Shown in pieces: positions 46,201 through 57,358 of a DNA stretch of 64,000 bases. Both the position numbers and the translations under genes were made by a program. This DNA comes from Minutocellus sp. GHC0000111 (taxonomy: Eukaryota). Position 1 is the first letter of the stretch. Every line of letters starts with the position of its first letter. The stretch is from NCBI GenBank assembly GCA_977018835.1, contig OZ361259.1, positions 2,170,001 through 2,234,000 on the forward strand. Reading direction: 5' to 3'. The notes beneath the pieces were generated by a model. It ran no database searches. It worked only from the letters and a program-made list of their open reading frames with translations, and was not told the DNA's origin.

Positions 46201-49200
46201 GGTGGAGTAAAGAGGCATGAATTTGCCGTTCTCGGTCCTTCTGTGAATCTCGCCGCAAGATTGATGGCATCGAAAGAAAATCCGGGCATCTTGGTCGATG
46301 CGGAAGTCCGCAAGCAGGGAAAGAATGCATTTGTCTTCAAGAGTTGCGGTAGCATTCAAGCAAAGGGATATGCTGATCTCGTGCCCACGTTTCGACCTCT
46401 TCAAGCCATCCAGAGAAAAAGTATCACGTCGGTCGGTGTTGTTGGTAGAAAGAAAGAAGAGAAGGTCTTTGTCGACCTTACACGAAACATATTGGAGCGC
46501 TCACCGACCAAAGCCAACATGGTAGTGCTGCGTGGCGAAGCCGGCGTAGGAAAAACCTCAATATTGAATCACGCTGCCGAGAAGATTCGGTCCTTTTGTG
46601 GTTTGTATCATCGACACGTTTGCATCTGTCGCACATCGTGTAAAACGGATGAAGAGTTGGTTCCCTTCAGGTGAGTTAGCCTTATTTTGTTTGTTCGATT
46701 CGGTTGCTGTGTAAGATCATCGGTCTCACTGCTCAATGGACAAACTAACCAACTTTTCCCATCGCTTTCTTCCGTCTTCATCGATATACTCCAGCGCCTT
46801 CCGTGGCATCTTCCTCTACGCCATTCGAGAGTACTGCCTTTTTGATGGGACATTGAGTGCGACAAATCGACGCGAAAGTCTCGATGCACTGAAGAACACC
46901 GTTCTTCGACGAAATAGTCTTGGTGACAGCAGCACCGTGGTCACACGGCGAATAGCGGAGATCACATGGGAGGGCCTAAAAGAGCCAGACGAAGAAGGAG
47001 TATGCATGGAGACGCGGTCGGTGAAGACGGGAATGCCGCCATGGTTGAAATACCATACCTTGAAAAGATGCGCTGGGTTTGTAAAGACCTTGGTTACGAA
47101 GAAGAATATGCTGACATCGTCGGATCAAGACTTCTCGACATCGAAGGAGCCGACTACAACACAACCACAGTGAACGGTGAAGTCCCAACCCTTGACACTG
47201 TGGTAGATTTTTTGGCCCAAGCATTTCTACGGTTCACCTTGCATTTTGGAGTGGTGCTCGTTACGGCGGATGATATCCATTGGATGGTAGGAATCGTTCA
47301 ATATTTGCTTCAGACTTTTTCGATTTCGATAGATTGTTTGCTCATCGTACCAGCTCACCACATCTTTCCCCATTTTTTCGTCGTTTGATTATTTTTAAGG
47401 ATACATTGTCTTGGAATGTACTCGAGGCGCTTTTTGAGCAGGGAGAAGATCTGCTATTGCTTTGTAGTGCGAGAGATAACGAGCGTTCATCCAAACTCCG
47501 AATATCCGAAGCAAGGAAATGGGGTGGGGACGAAGGAAAGCAAAGATTCCGGCATATTCCTGTGGGTCCGCTAGAGGAAAGTGACATGAAACATCTGATT
47601 GCAAGAGTCCTTGGACAAGCAGAAACAGCCATTGATGATGAGTTTTGCGAGCAATTACACGAGCGAAGTGGCGGTGGAGTTCCAGTCTTTTGCATTGAGC
47701 TTCTTGATCACATTCGACGCAACATGCTTTATGAAATCGATGAAAAGGGGACTGTTCGTTTACATCTGGACAAAGACGGGGAACAGGTGAGATTTCTTCC
47801 TTGTTCAACGTCGATTTTTATTATCTGTGCTGAACCGCTCACTTTCTTCATCGTAATCCTTTACTACTACGTCTATCTATCCTTGGAAAAGTCAAAATAT
47901 GGAAGTGAAAGCATCCTTGACGAGATTTTTCTCCAGCGATTCGATTCCCTTGATGTACATGTCCGCAAGGTCCTGCAATCCTGCGCAATTTTAGGCATGG
48001 AATTTCGACTTGCAGATGTGAGGAAGGTCAATCCAGATTATCTCTATGGAGATACGCTGGAGAGGTCTATCGCGGCAGCAATAGCAGACCGTATTTTGAT
48101 AGATTCTGTCACCGAGGATGACTCAACTATTGCAGATTCTTCAAGTAGATTTAGCGGGTCTGGCGCCTACAGCGGGTCAGGTGCCTATAGCACTGCCGAT
48201 TTCAGCGCATCAACTGGCTCAAAATCATCATCTGGAGGCGACCATTTCTTTCGCTTTGCTACCACAATGTGGCACGAAACTGTAATGCGCACAATGCTCT
48301 CTGATAGACAAGTAGAGCTGCACAAAAATGTTGCCCTTTCTATGGAAGCGGAGGGCATATCTGATACCACTGACACCAAAACACTATTATAGTTGTTTGA
48401 ACATTGGAAAGCCTGTACAGAGTTTGGTAAGTAGGGATCCCTATCGTTGCATTGCTTTGTTGGATTCAACCTCTCTACTCTTCTTGCCACACCTTAGAAA
48501 AATATCTAACTCCTTTTCTGCCGATGGATCCTGCGCTTTTTCTTTCATGGAATCAATATGATATTACAGGCAAAGCTGCCCCTTTGGCACTCGCAATTGG
48601 CGCACGCCTAGAAGAGTTCGAATCGTCCCAGCAAAGTCTTGACTTGTACTGCGATGTCCTAAAAATGTGGAGAACTGATACCAAGATCAATGCTTCACTT
48701 GAGACTCTTGGCGCCTGGTTTGAGCCATCACTTTCGACCAAGGCTCTCGAATATACTGTCAAACTCAAGACAAGAATCGGCAAATGTCTATGCGATATGG
48801 GCGAAATGGAGAAGGGAGCTCTCGGCTACAGAGATGCCTACCTGGTGAGTTTTTTTTATTGAGCAAAATGAATCTCGATGGTAGACTCCTCCCAAGTACC
48901 TAGGTACTCTTTGTGATGATTCCATTTCACCAACCTAATGCTTTCCCATCTCTAATAATTTTCCCACCCATCACATTAGCTGATGACGAGGCTCCCTGCA
49001 TCGCACACTGTCTCGCGCAATTTACTTTTCCCTGTCATTTCTGGTCTTTGGCAATCCATTCCTTGGGATAAGGTGCTCTCCGATGAAAATATATGCGACT
49101 TTAAGCTCGAGAAGGAATTAGTCCAACGCTTCATAAGGGAATCCAAAGAGCATGGAAGCGCTAGTGACATTTGCCGGGCCCTAGCGATGCAGGCATCGTT

Positions 49201-50266
49201 ATTTGCTAGGATGAGCAATTTCGACAATGCCCTCGCAGCTCAGAAAGATCTTGAGCGAGTGTATGTAATATCCAAGCATTCAGCGAAGATTGTCAATCAA
49301 TATGGCAGCGATTTTGCCGCCATCAGTTACGGCAATAGCGTTCAATGGTACGAGATGATTGGAGATAAGGGAAGCTCGCTCGAGCAAATTGAATTTGTTG
49401 TGAGGAAAATTATTCCAAAATTTCCTCCAATTGCGGTGCATGATATTTTCAGCTGTCTTTTCCCGATCATCATGGTTATGAAAGACCACGGCTTTGGACG
49501 CGAGGCAAAGGAATTGCTCAAGAAATATGTTTTGGAGCGTTTCACTCTGCTCGGTTTGTCATCTTCAACGTACTGGTGAGTCAAACCACAATATGACTGG
49601 AGCAAGCCTCTTGTATTGTAGCAGATCCAACCAACTTGATTTGTTTATTTCTTTTCTCAAACAACTCGAATTCATTTTTCATTGATTTTGTCCGCAGGTA
49701 CCCACTGTACAAGCCCATAAAAATCTTGTTAGAGCTAGTCATCTTGGATGATTCCTGTGTGCCACGAGATGAGACACAAGACAAGGCGCTAAATGAAATC
49801 GAGAAGTGGGTCCTTCAGGCGGGCAGGTTGAGTCCAATATCAGCTCTCGAGCGGAATGGACGAGTGATTCGAGGTGAAATTTGCTGGCGACTGGCAAGGC
49901 GGAAGAGTCGAGGCCATCCATCCCAGCTACGACTCATTGAAAAGGGTACAAAGAATGCCCTCGATGCCATGAAAACGATGAAGCGAGATGGCCAATATGC
50001 CTACATGATGAAGACGGCATACGTTGTAAGTGCAATTTATGTTTTAATGGCGAATGGTGGTACAAATCGCTACCAACAATCTCCACCAGAATACTCTCAC
50101 ACAATCCTTCTTCGCCAAAATGTTCTCACCATCATTTCAACCTCAGATATATCGAGACTTGCAAAAGGACGTTGACGAAATGAAGAAAGCCCGGGAGAAG
50201 AAAGAAAGGACGTCCAAGTCAGATGAGAAGAAGAAGGCATTCATCCTCCGGAGATCCAGCGATTAG
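43233..50266 (+). CDS. Soluble adenylate cyclase (ADCY10-like): two cyclase domains, P-loop NTPase, helical C-terminus; multi-exon, with a frameshift (~46930) and in-frame TAG (48390)
   Basis: LLFVDISGFTKLS, DILKFAGDAL, QFIVDDKG, GATFGKVYCGVVG..RHEFAVLGPSVNLAARLM, GEAGVGKT, DDIHWMD. GT donors near 45381, 46671, 47287, 47787, 48427, 48845, 49576 and 50026. Confidence 0.88.
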
Positions 50267-50302
50267 GTTGATGTCTACATTTACTAGCTAACTTGATGTG
50301 AG

Positions 50303-51507
50303 CTAGGTGCGTGCAGTCAGCGCACTGTGGCCGACTGCAGATAAATTTTGTGTCGGGTCTTCCTCGTCGGTCTGAGTTTTTGGTAATTGATTGACCGATA
50401 AAGTCGCTGGGACGTTTGTTTGAGCGATGCAAGTCTGACCCTGATCTCGTTTCTCGGCCTCGAACCTTTGGAATAGTACCTCATACCGAAATTTGAGATC
50501 ACTCAACTCGGCCTCAGCCTCTTGGAGGCTTTGCTTGTGCACCTTCAAGTCGGCTTGCTGCTGTTTGCACAAATCTCTTCGCTCAACGAGGGCCTTGACA
50601 TCACGAGATGCCTGTTCCAATGGCGCCACAGTATTGCGATTCGTCGACGCCGCCTTTTCGAGCTCACGATCTCTCTTACGCTGCTCCTTCTTCAACCGAA
50701 GTACTTCGTCCTTGAGAGACTTGATAAGATCCAAGTTCTGGTATAGGGCGTCATTGTAAGGTCGATGGCAATCTGCCATCTCGACCTCGTGGCGCTTCAA
50801 TGTCTCTGCAACCCTGTCCTCGATGGTTCTCTCGACTTTTGCAACTTCCTGTACTCGTTTCCTTCCCAACTCTTCCTTTTCCCGCCTGAGCTCGCGTTCG
50901 GCACGCGACGCAATGTTTGCGGAACGACGTTGGTGATCTTCCCGCAGCTCGCCGATATGTGAAAAATGCTCCTCTTGTAGGCGCCTCAGGTATTCCCCGT
51001 GCAATGATTCCACCTCTCGTAATTTTGAGCTGTGCTCATTTCGTTCCCTGAACAGCTTGTTCTGCTTCATCATGTGCTCGTCTTGCAAGATCTTCAACTG
51101 CGACTGTGTCTTTGTCTTGGCTCGTGCAAGTTCATCGTCGTGGAAGGATAGGGTTCGTTTGATTCCATCGCGTTTACCATCCAATTCGGTTCGATGATCA
51201 TTCTGGATCGACAGCAGTTGGGTCTGCTTGGCTTTCAATACCTCCTTTTGCGCTTCAAAATTTTGCTTCTCAATGTCCCACACTCCTTGGATCTTTTGGG
51301 TCCTCTCGCGAAACTCGGCTGCTCTGGCTTCTTCTGCAGAGCATTGACTTTGGAGTTGGACTGCTCGTTGAATGAGCTCGGAACGTTTCCTTGCTTCGTC
51401 CTCGGCAGCAGCAGCAGCAGCATCATCGTCGGTAGATCTAGCAGCAGTGGGAGCCTTTCCCTTTTTCTTGCCACCACCACCGCCCTTTTCTTTGCCTTTG
51501 GGGGCAT
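50303..51507 (-). CDS. GAS8: Dynein regulatory complex subunit 4 (GAS8/trypanin)-like; 1-nt frameshift in the first codons
   Basis: MPPK../KGGGGGKKKGK N-terminus; YNDALYQNLDLIKSLKDEV...N.NTVAPL...ELSDLKFRYEVLFQRF matches the GAS8 core (YNDIT.NNL.LI.SLKE...L.WE.EVL.QRF). Confidence 0.75.
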
Positions 51508-51832
51508 GCTTTTTAAGAAACTAATAAGATACGAAATAGAAAAGAACAATACCACTACGCTTTCTATGGTCCTATGGCGCTCCTGCAGCTCCTCTCTAGT
51601 CTAGTAGAGCTAGACTGACTTTAATCATCAAGGTGCATCCAACACCGCACTGGCGTAGCGATAGCCTCGAGCTTTCTCCATGTCATCATCATGACGTGGA
51701 CGTCTTTCCGTCATCAGTCTCCGCCGCTCATTCTCGTCCGTCCAAATCGATGCTCCACACTCGAGGATACGAGCCGACAATTAACTAAACGCGAACTGTT
51801 ATCATAGCAACGCCCGACGGCTCTAGCCCAAC

Positions 51833-53897
51833 ATGTCCAGTAGCAACATTCCCGCCGATCCTGCTTCCCTTCGCGTGGGATGCGTCGGAGGAGGACAGCT
51901 CGGTAGAATGATGGCGCTCGAGGCACCTCGCCTCAACCTTGCCATGACCTTCCTGGACCCGTCTGGTTCGAACTCGCCTGCCGCCCTCGTCGTTGGTGGG
52001 CGAAACGTCCTCGAGGGCAAGCTCAATGACGAGGGCAAGCTGCGAGAGTTGGCCAATGGCTGTGACGTTCTTACCGTCGAGATTGAGCACGTTGGAGTGG
52101 ATACCCTTGCCAAGCTCGAGTCTGAGGGCGTCAATGTTCAGCCTTCCAGCAGAGTTGTGGGCATCATCCAGGACAAGCTCACCCAAAAGGTAACAGAGCA
52201 AATTGAATGGTCGCTGCATATATTTCGAAACATATGCGTATTGAATGTATGGCCTTTGTGGTTGCCGTGGATCTCTTTCATTGACGTAACATGAGTTGAC
52301 ATAACATGAGTTGTGCCAATCAATTGCACCAACACAAATCATCTCATATTTTTTTTATTACATTGAATGTTCTCGCCTGCTCCAAAAGAACCACTTTCAC
52401 GACCATGGAATTCCCCTTCCGCCCTTCTTGGAGACGCCATCGGTGCAAGGTATTCGTGATGCTGCGAGTAGACTCGGTCTGCCCCTGATGCTGAAATCTA
52501 GAAGGGGCGGTTATGATGGCCGCGGCAACGCTGTCCTCAAGAATGATTCCGACTCTTACCAGTCTCGGTGTCGACACGAGCAATGGCCTTCCCGATGGCG
52601 AGCTCGATCTATACGCCGAGGGTTGGATCAACTTCCATTCGGAAGTTGCCGTCATGGTCGTCCGTTCGACTACTTGTGAAACACGTGCCTATCCCACCGT
52701 AACCGCCATTCAGACGGATTCCATTTGCCGTGTCGTACTGGCTCCAGCTAGGAACGTCCCTGCCGATATTCGATCATGGAGTGAGGAGATTGACTCCCGC
52801 GCTGTTGATTCGCTTGGAGATGGTGCGACAGGAATGTTCGGGGTGGAATTGTTCCTGGTGAAGAATGCGTCTGGTTCTTTGGACGTGCTGTTGAACGAAG
52901 TTGCTCCCCGCCCGCACAATACGGGACACTACACCCAAGATGCGTGCGCCGTTTCTCAGTTCGAAAATCACTTGAGAGGCGTCTGTGGCCTTCCTCTCGG
53001 TGACACTAGCATGAGTGTGGGAGCTGCTGCCAGTGAGTTTGGAATATTGCTGAAATTGTTCCCACTTATTCGACCAAAAATAATTCCCCCTCGAGCAAGA
53101 GACTCACTCCATTATTTTGTTTTCTATCATCTCTTATCCGAATTCAGTGGTCAATGTCCTTGGTGCACCTTCTGGTACTGCCGAAGATACTATGAAGGGT
53201 ATCAACTCGGCTTTGTCGATCCCGCGTGCGGTTGTTCATTGGTATGGAAAGGCCGGCTGTCGTGCTGGACGAAAGGTCGGTCACATCAATCTTACGGCAG
53301 ACTCACCCGGAGAGCTTGATGGACGTCTCTCCGATCTTCTTGCTCTGGAGGGTATTGACGAGAGTGTGATTCCTGGCGATGGTCTTGGCAAGTGATCTGC
53401 CCACTATGCAAGCCGCGGTCGAAATTCTCAAGAAGTTCGATATCCCGTACGAGGTGCATATTGTTTCAGCCCATCGCACACCGGACAAGTTGGTTTCGTA
53501 CAGTCGGTCTGCTGCAGGCAGAGGATTGCAAGTTATCATTGCTGGCGCTGGCGGTGCTGCTCATCTTCCTGGAATGGTTGCTGCCATGACACCTCTTCCA
53601 GTAATTGGCGTTCCAATCAAAACATCTACACTCAACGGGCAGGACTCGCTCCTCAGTATTGTGCAGATGCCCCGTGGCATCCCTGTCGCCACTGTTGCCA
53701 TTGGAAATGCACAGAATGCTGGACTCTTGGCTGTACGTAATCTTTGCGCAAGCCGACCTTTGCTTAGAGAGAAGATGGAGCAATATCAGACAGAGCTCAA
53801 GGAAATGGTGAATGACATGAGCACAAAGTTGCTTGACCTCGGCTCTGATAAATTCCTCGAGGGAATGGAGAACAAGAACAAAGCCGTAAATGTTTGA
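51833..53897 (+). CDS. ADE2: Phosphoribosylaminoimidazole carboxylase, PurK-PurE fusion; two frameshifting deletions
   Basis: [55 protein letters not shown]; PurE part [25 protein letters not shown]. Introns at about 52190-52388 and 53033-53147. Confidence 0.95.
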
Positions 53898-54116
53898 AGA
53901 AATTCATACCAGAGGGTCAACTACATTACTTCACATTTATTATTATCATCACAAGGAACTACTTCTAACGTAAATGCGTAAATAAGAGCAAAATAAACAA
54001 ATTACAGCTGTAGCCATTTATTTGCCAATAGCAAGGTATTACACTACGTAGAAAAATAATCTCTAGAGTACATTCAGATCCCTAGTAGCTAATAATAGCT
54101 ACATTGATTGGCAATA

Positions 54117-56036
54117 TCAAATCACAACGAGAAATAGGCACAGCCCCGCTAATATGATTGAGTAAATTATTCTCAATTGCAAAAATGGGGCTGGGCTTGC
54201 TACGGTAGCACCCGCCAAAATGCTCTCGTCAGACGCCAGGTCAGTACTCGTACCCCCACCAAGGCTATCTCCATTCATTGCTGCTTTCTCTTCGTCTCCT
54301 TCTTTTGCCCCACTGATATCATTTATTTCATCTTCTTTTCCCGAAGATGATAGTGAAACACCATCACCGCTGATGTCAGCGGATTTTGACACTGGCATAG
54401 ATGTCGATATCATCGTTGGTATGGGACTCATGGTGGGGACATGCGTTGGGGGCGTGTAATCCAGACAGAGTTCTATCGACTGCGCCTTATACACCAGCTT
54501 CTTAGCATCTTGTGGAGTGATGCTTACATCATTCACAGTACTCGGAGCAATCAGTGCAGCAGATTCATAGGACACGATTTCATAAGGAACAGTCCCAGGC
54601 GGGCCCATTTTGAAGGGAGGGATGGTAGCATTGAAAGGAAGAGGGATACCCTTACGACATGGCTCATACCTTTCATCTAGCCTGCAGTAGTTCTTCGGAA
54701 GGGTCGCTTCCCATTGCCGCAATGTTTCTTGTAATGCTACACTTGTCGCATTCTCCACTTCCGCCCGATTAAATCGCTCTTCACGGTCTGCTTCCAGATC
54801 GTACAACGAGGCTTCATCTTTCTTGTTCACATGGAGCTTCCATTTGCCAAAGAGCAATGCTCGTGCGCCGTCAGTTCTGGAGTAGCGCCAGAACAACGGC
54901 GTGGATCTCACCCGATCAGAGCCAAACCAAACGTCGGACATATCCTCTCCCTCGAACATGGCCGGGTCATAATATACTTTGGCAATACTGGCGATAGTTG
55001 GCAATAAATCGAAACCAGAGATGATACTTTTGTGATTGACTTTTCCTGCAGGCACATGTCCTGGATACCGAACAATGTACGGAACTCTCAATCCGCCTTC
55101 ATAGAATGTATGCTTGTGCCCTCGAAGGCCATGCGACAAGCCCATCATTCGAACTGGAAATGACTGCTGATCTGGATCTGGTGGAGCCTGGCCGTGATCT
55201 GATGTGAAAATCAGAACCGTATTTCGTTCCAAATCTAGTTCTCGAAGCTTTTCCATCACCAAACCCACTTGAAGATCCAAAGCCCAGATGTCGGCAAGAT
55301 AATGCCTCATTCCATCGTCAATATCCCCACCCAGCTTGGATACTCGATCGAACATTCGTTGGTCCCAGTACCCGAAATCGTTTCGATCCACCGTCACGTC
55401 GCAAAACTCTTGTACAAGCCTAGGATTGGGTTTAACTGGCGAGTGTGCGATGTGCCCCCAAATATTGAGATAGAACGGCTCATCCTTGTGATTTTCAATG
55501 AATTCAAGAGCATCACTGAAGATGATGGCATCCTTCCCCATGGGATCATTGTGAGACCTAGCTCGGATTCGAATATCTTGAACTCCGTAGGTGCCCTGTT
55601 CCGGATCATTCTCCAAACCCAGGTGCCACTTCCCGAAGTGACCAGTGGCGTATCCGTTCTCGTAGAGCAGATCGGTGATCGTTGTGGCATTCTGCAACCC
55701 AAAGTCGTCCATGTAGTTGGGAAAGCTGGCGGGATGACGAGACGTCATGAGACCAGTACGGGATGGGTTGCACGTGGCGCCAGTTACATAGAATCGCACC
55801 CACCTCGTGCCCTCGGCGGCCAACCGATCAAGGTTAGGCGTGCGGGCGTAGGGGTGGTTGTAGCAACCCAGATCTCCGAAGCCCATGTCCTCTGCGAGTA
55901 TAAAGATAAAGTTGGGTCGCTCGGTGGTTTCTTCGGTGGGAGCAGCAGGTAATAGTACCAGCGAAGCCAACAGCACCAAGACACCGAGGTGCGGCGGTCG
56001 CAAGTGCCGATTGCGGCGATCGCTGGAGGCCCTCAT
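54117..56036 (-). CDS. Formylglycine-dependent (S1) sulfatase, secreted, with C-terminal hydrophobic anchor
   Basis: PNFIFILAEDMG, CNPSR (CxPxR), GYATGHFGKWHLG, FTSDHG, GHKHTFYEGGLRVP; signal peptide; tail IIYSIILAGLCLFLVVI. Confidence 0.93.
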   Translation of the reverse strand: MRASSDRRNRHLRPPHLGVLVLLASLVLLPAAPTEETTERPNFIFILAEDMGFGDLGCYNHPYARTPNLDRLAAEGTRWVRFYVTGATCNPSRTGLMTSRHPASFPNYMDDFGLQNATTITDLLYENGYATGHFGKWHLGLENDPEQGTYGVQDIRIRARSHNDPMGKDAIIFSDALEFIENHKDEPFYLNIWGHIAHSPVKPNPRLVQEFCDVTVDRNDFGYWDQRMFDRVSKLGGDIDDGMRHYLADIWALDLQVGLVMEKLRELDLERNTVLIFTSDHGQAPPDPDQQSFPVRMMGLSHGLRGHKHTFYEGGLRVPYIVRYPGHVPAGKVNHKSIISGFDLLPTIASIAKVYYDPAMFEGEDMSDVWFGSDRVRSTPLFWRYSRTDGARALLFGKWKLHVNKKDEASLYDLEADREERFNRAEVENATSVALQETLRQWEATLPKNYCRLDERYEPCRKGIPLPFNATIPPFKMGPPGTVPYEIVSYESAALIAPSTVNDVSITPQDAKKLVYKAQSIELCLDYTPPTHVPTMSPIPTMISTSMPVSKSADISGDGVSLSSSGKEDEINDISGAKEGDEEKAAMNGDSLGGGTSTDLASDESILAGATVASPAPFLQLRIIYSIILAGLCLFLVVI

Positions 56037-56316
56037 TCAGGAATTCCTACTTCTGGCTTCTACCCGGTAGTCTTGTGGCAAAAATTGGCATGCATGTCAT
56101 GGCTGGCGGTTGTGGTGTGGCGGTTGCGCCAACGGAGATGATGCCGAAGGTTTTGACATGCACGTCACAGCGAAACTTCCTTCAGCCACGTGGTCCCGGC
56201 GATGCCTTTCGACCGGCCATTTCCCATTTCGTTTCTCCGACCTACGCAGTTGCTCGTACCGGTCCCACAAGCACGACCTTGAGCCCGACACGACACACTT
56301 CAGAATAGAGTCCAAG

Positions 56317-57133
56317 ATGGCGTCGGTAATGTGCACCAAGCGCCTCCAAAAGGAGCTCAAAAGCCTCCACAAGTCACCCCTGACGAACCCCACCATCATT
56401 GCCCTCCCCAACGAGTCCAACATATTGGAGTGGCATTACCTTCTGGAGGGGGCAAAGGACACCCCATACGAGGGTGGCAAGTATTGGGGTAAGCTCCTGT
56501 TCCCAAAAGAATATCCTCTCAAGCCTCCGGGGGTAATGATGATGACGCCATCGGGCCGCTTCCGCACCAACCGACGGCTGTGTCTCTCAATGGCTTCCAT
56601 CCAGGTGAGGACTTCTGTTTTGCATGTAATGTGAGCGGTCTTGGCAATCCTCGTGCTTTTCTTCTTGGCGCTTCTCTGAAAATTCTGGCGATCTATTTCG
56701 TGCCCTGACAATCGATTTTCTCTCTTTCTCATCGAAAATCCCAGAGAGCTGGAACCCCATGTGGTCCGTTTCCACCATACTGACGGGCCTCAACTCGTTC
56801 ATGGTTGGCAACGATCCCACGACCGGATCGATGGACGCAACGACCGCCCAGAGGAAGAAGCTTGCCGCGGCCAGCATGGATTGGAATGTGAAGGATGCGA
56901 CCTTTTGCAAGATGTTCCCCGATGAGGCCGAGGAGCACAAGAAGGTCATGGCCGAGAGGAGGAAGAATCAGCCGGCAGGGTCGGCGTCCGCCTCGACGGA
57001 TCGACGGAGGCTGACGGCCGGTGGGGTCGGAGTTGGCGTTGTCGGTGATGCCGACATGATGAGGAGGCTGTACGCCGTGGGAGCGGGTCTTGTTGCGATA
57101 CTTTCCATTTTGTTTGCCTTGTGGCCCAAATAA
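56317..57133 (+). CDS. UBC6: Tail-anchored ubiquitin-conjugating enzyme Ubc6/UBE2J2; intron 56605-56744; frameshift near 56593
   Basis: KRLQKE, NILEWHY, TPYEGG.Y.G...FP.EYP.KPP, TPSGRF..NRRLCLSM; exon 2 SWNPMWSVSTILTGL; C-terminal TM. Confidence 0.92.
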
Positions 57134-57358
57134 AGAGCGCGCGAGAGAGCGCGAAAGAGACAAAGATTTATGGGGGAACACGATGAAGGATTACGAACAT
57201 ATCTGGAATACCTGAGTCAGTATAGATGGACTCAAAAGCAATTGCCAAAAGGGTAAAACATCGTGTAAAAATAACGCTATTGAATTAGAATATGATACAC
57301 CCTCGAAACTGACGATTGACCCACGTCGTCTGTATCAGGAGTGATTTGTTGTTACCTC

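Noticed and set aside
24190..48392. Two in-frame TAG codons as evidence of stop-codon reassignment
   Set aside because: TAG terminates many intact genes here (purC, lipB, PhyH, CCT5), and both affected genes also have frameshifts.
8264..53897. purC and ADE2 as a purine gene cluster
   Set aside because: They are 43 kb apart with many unrelated genes between; probably coincidence.
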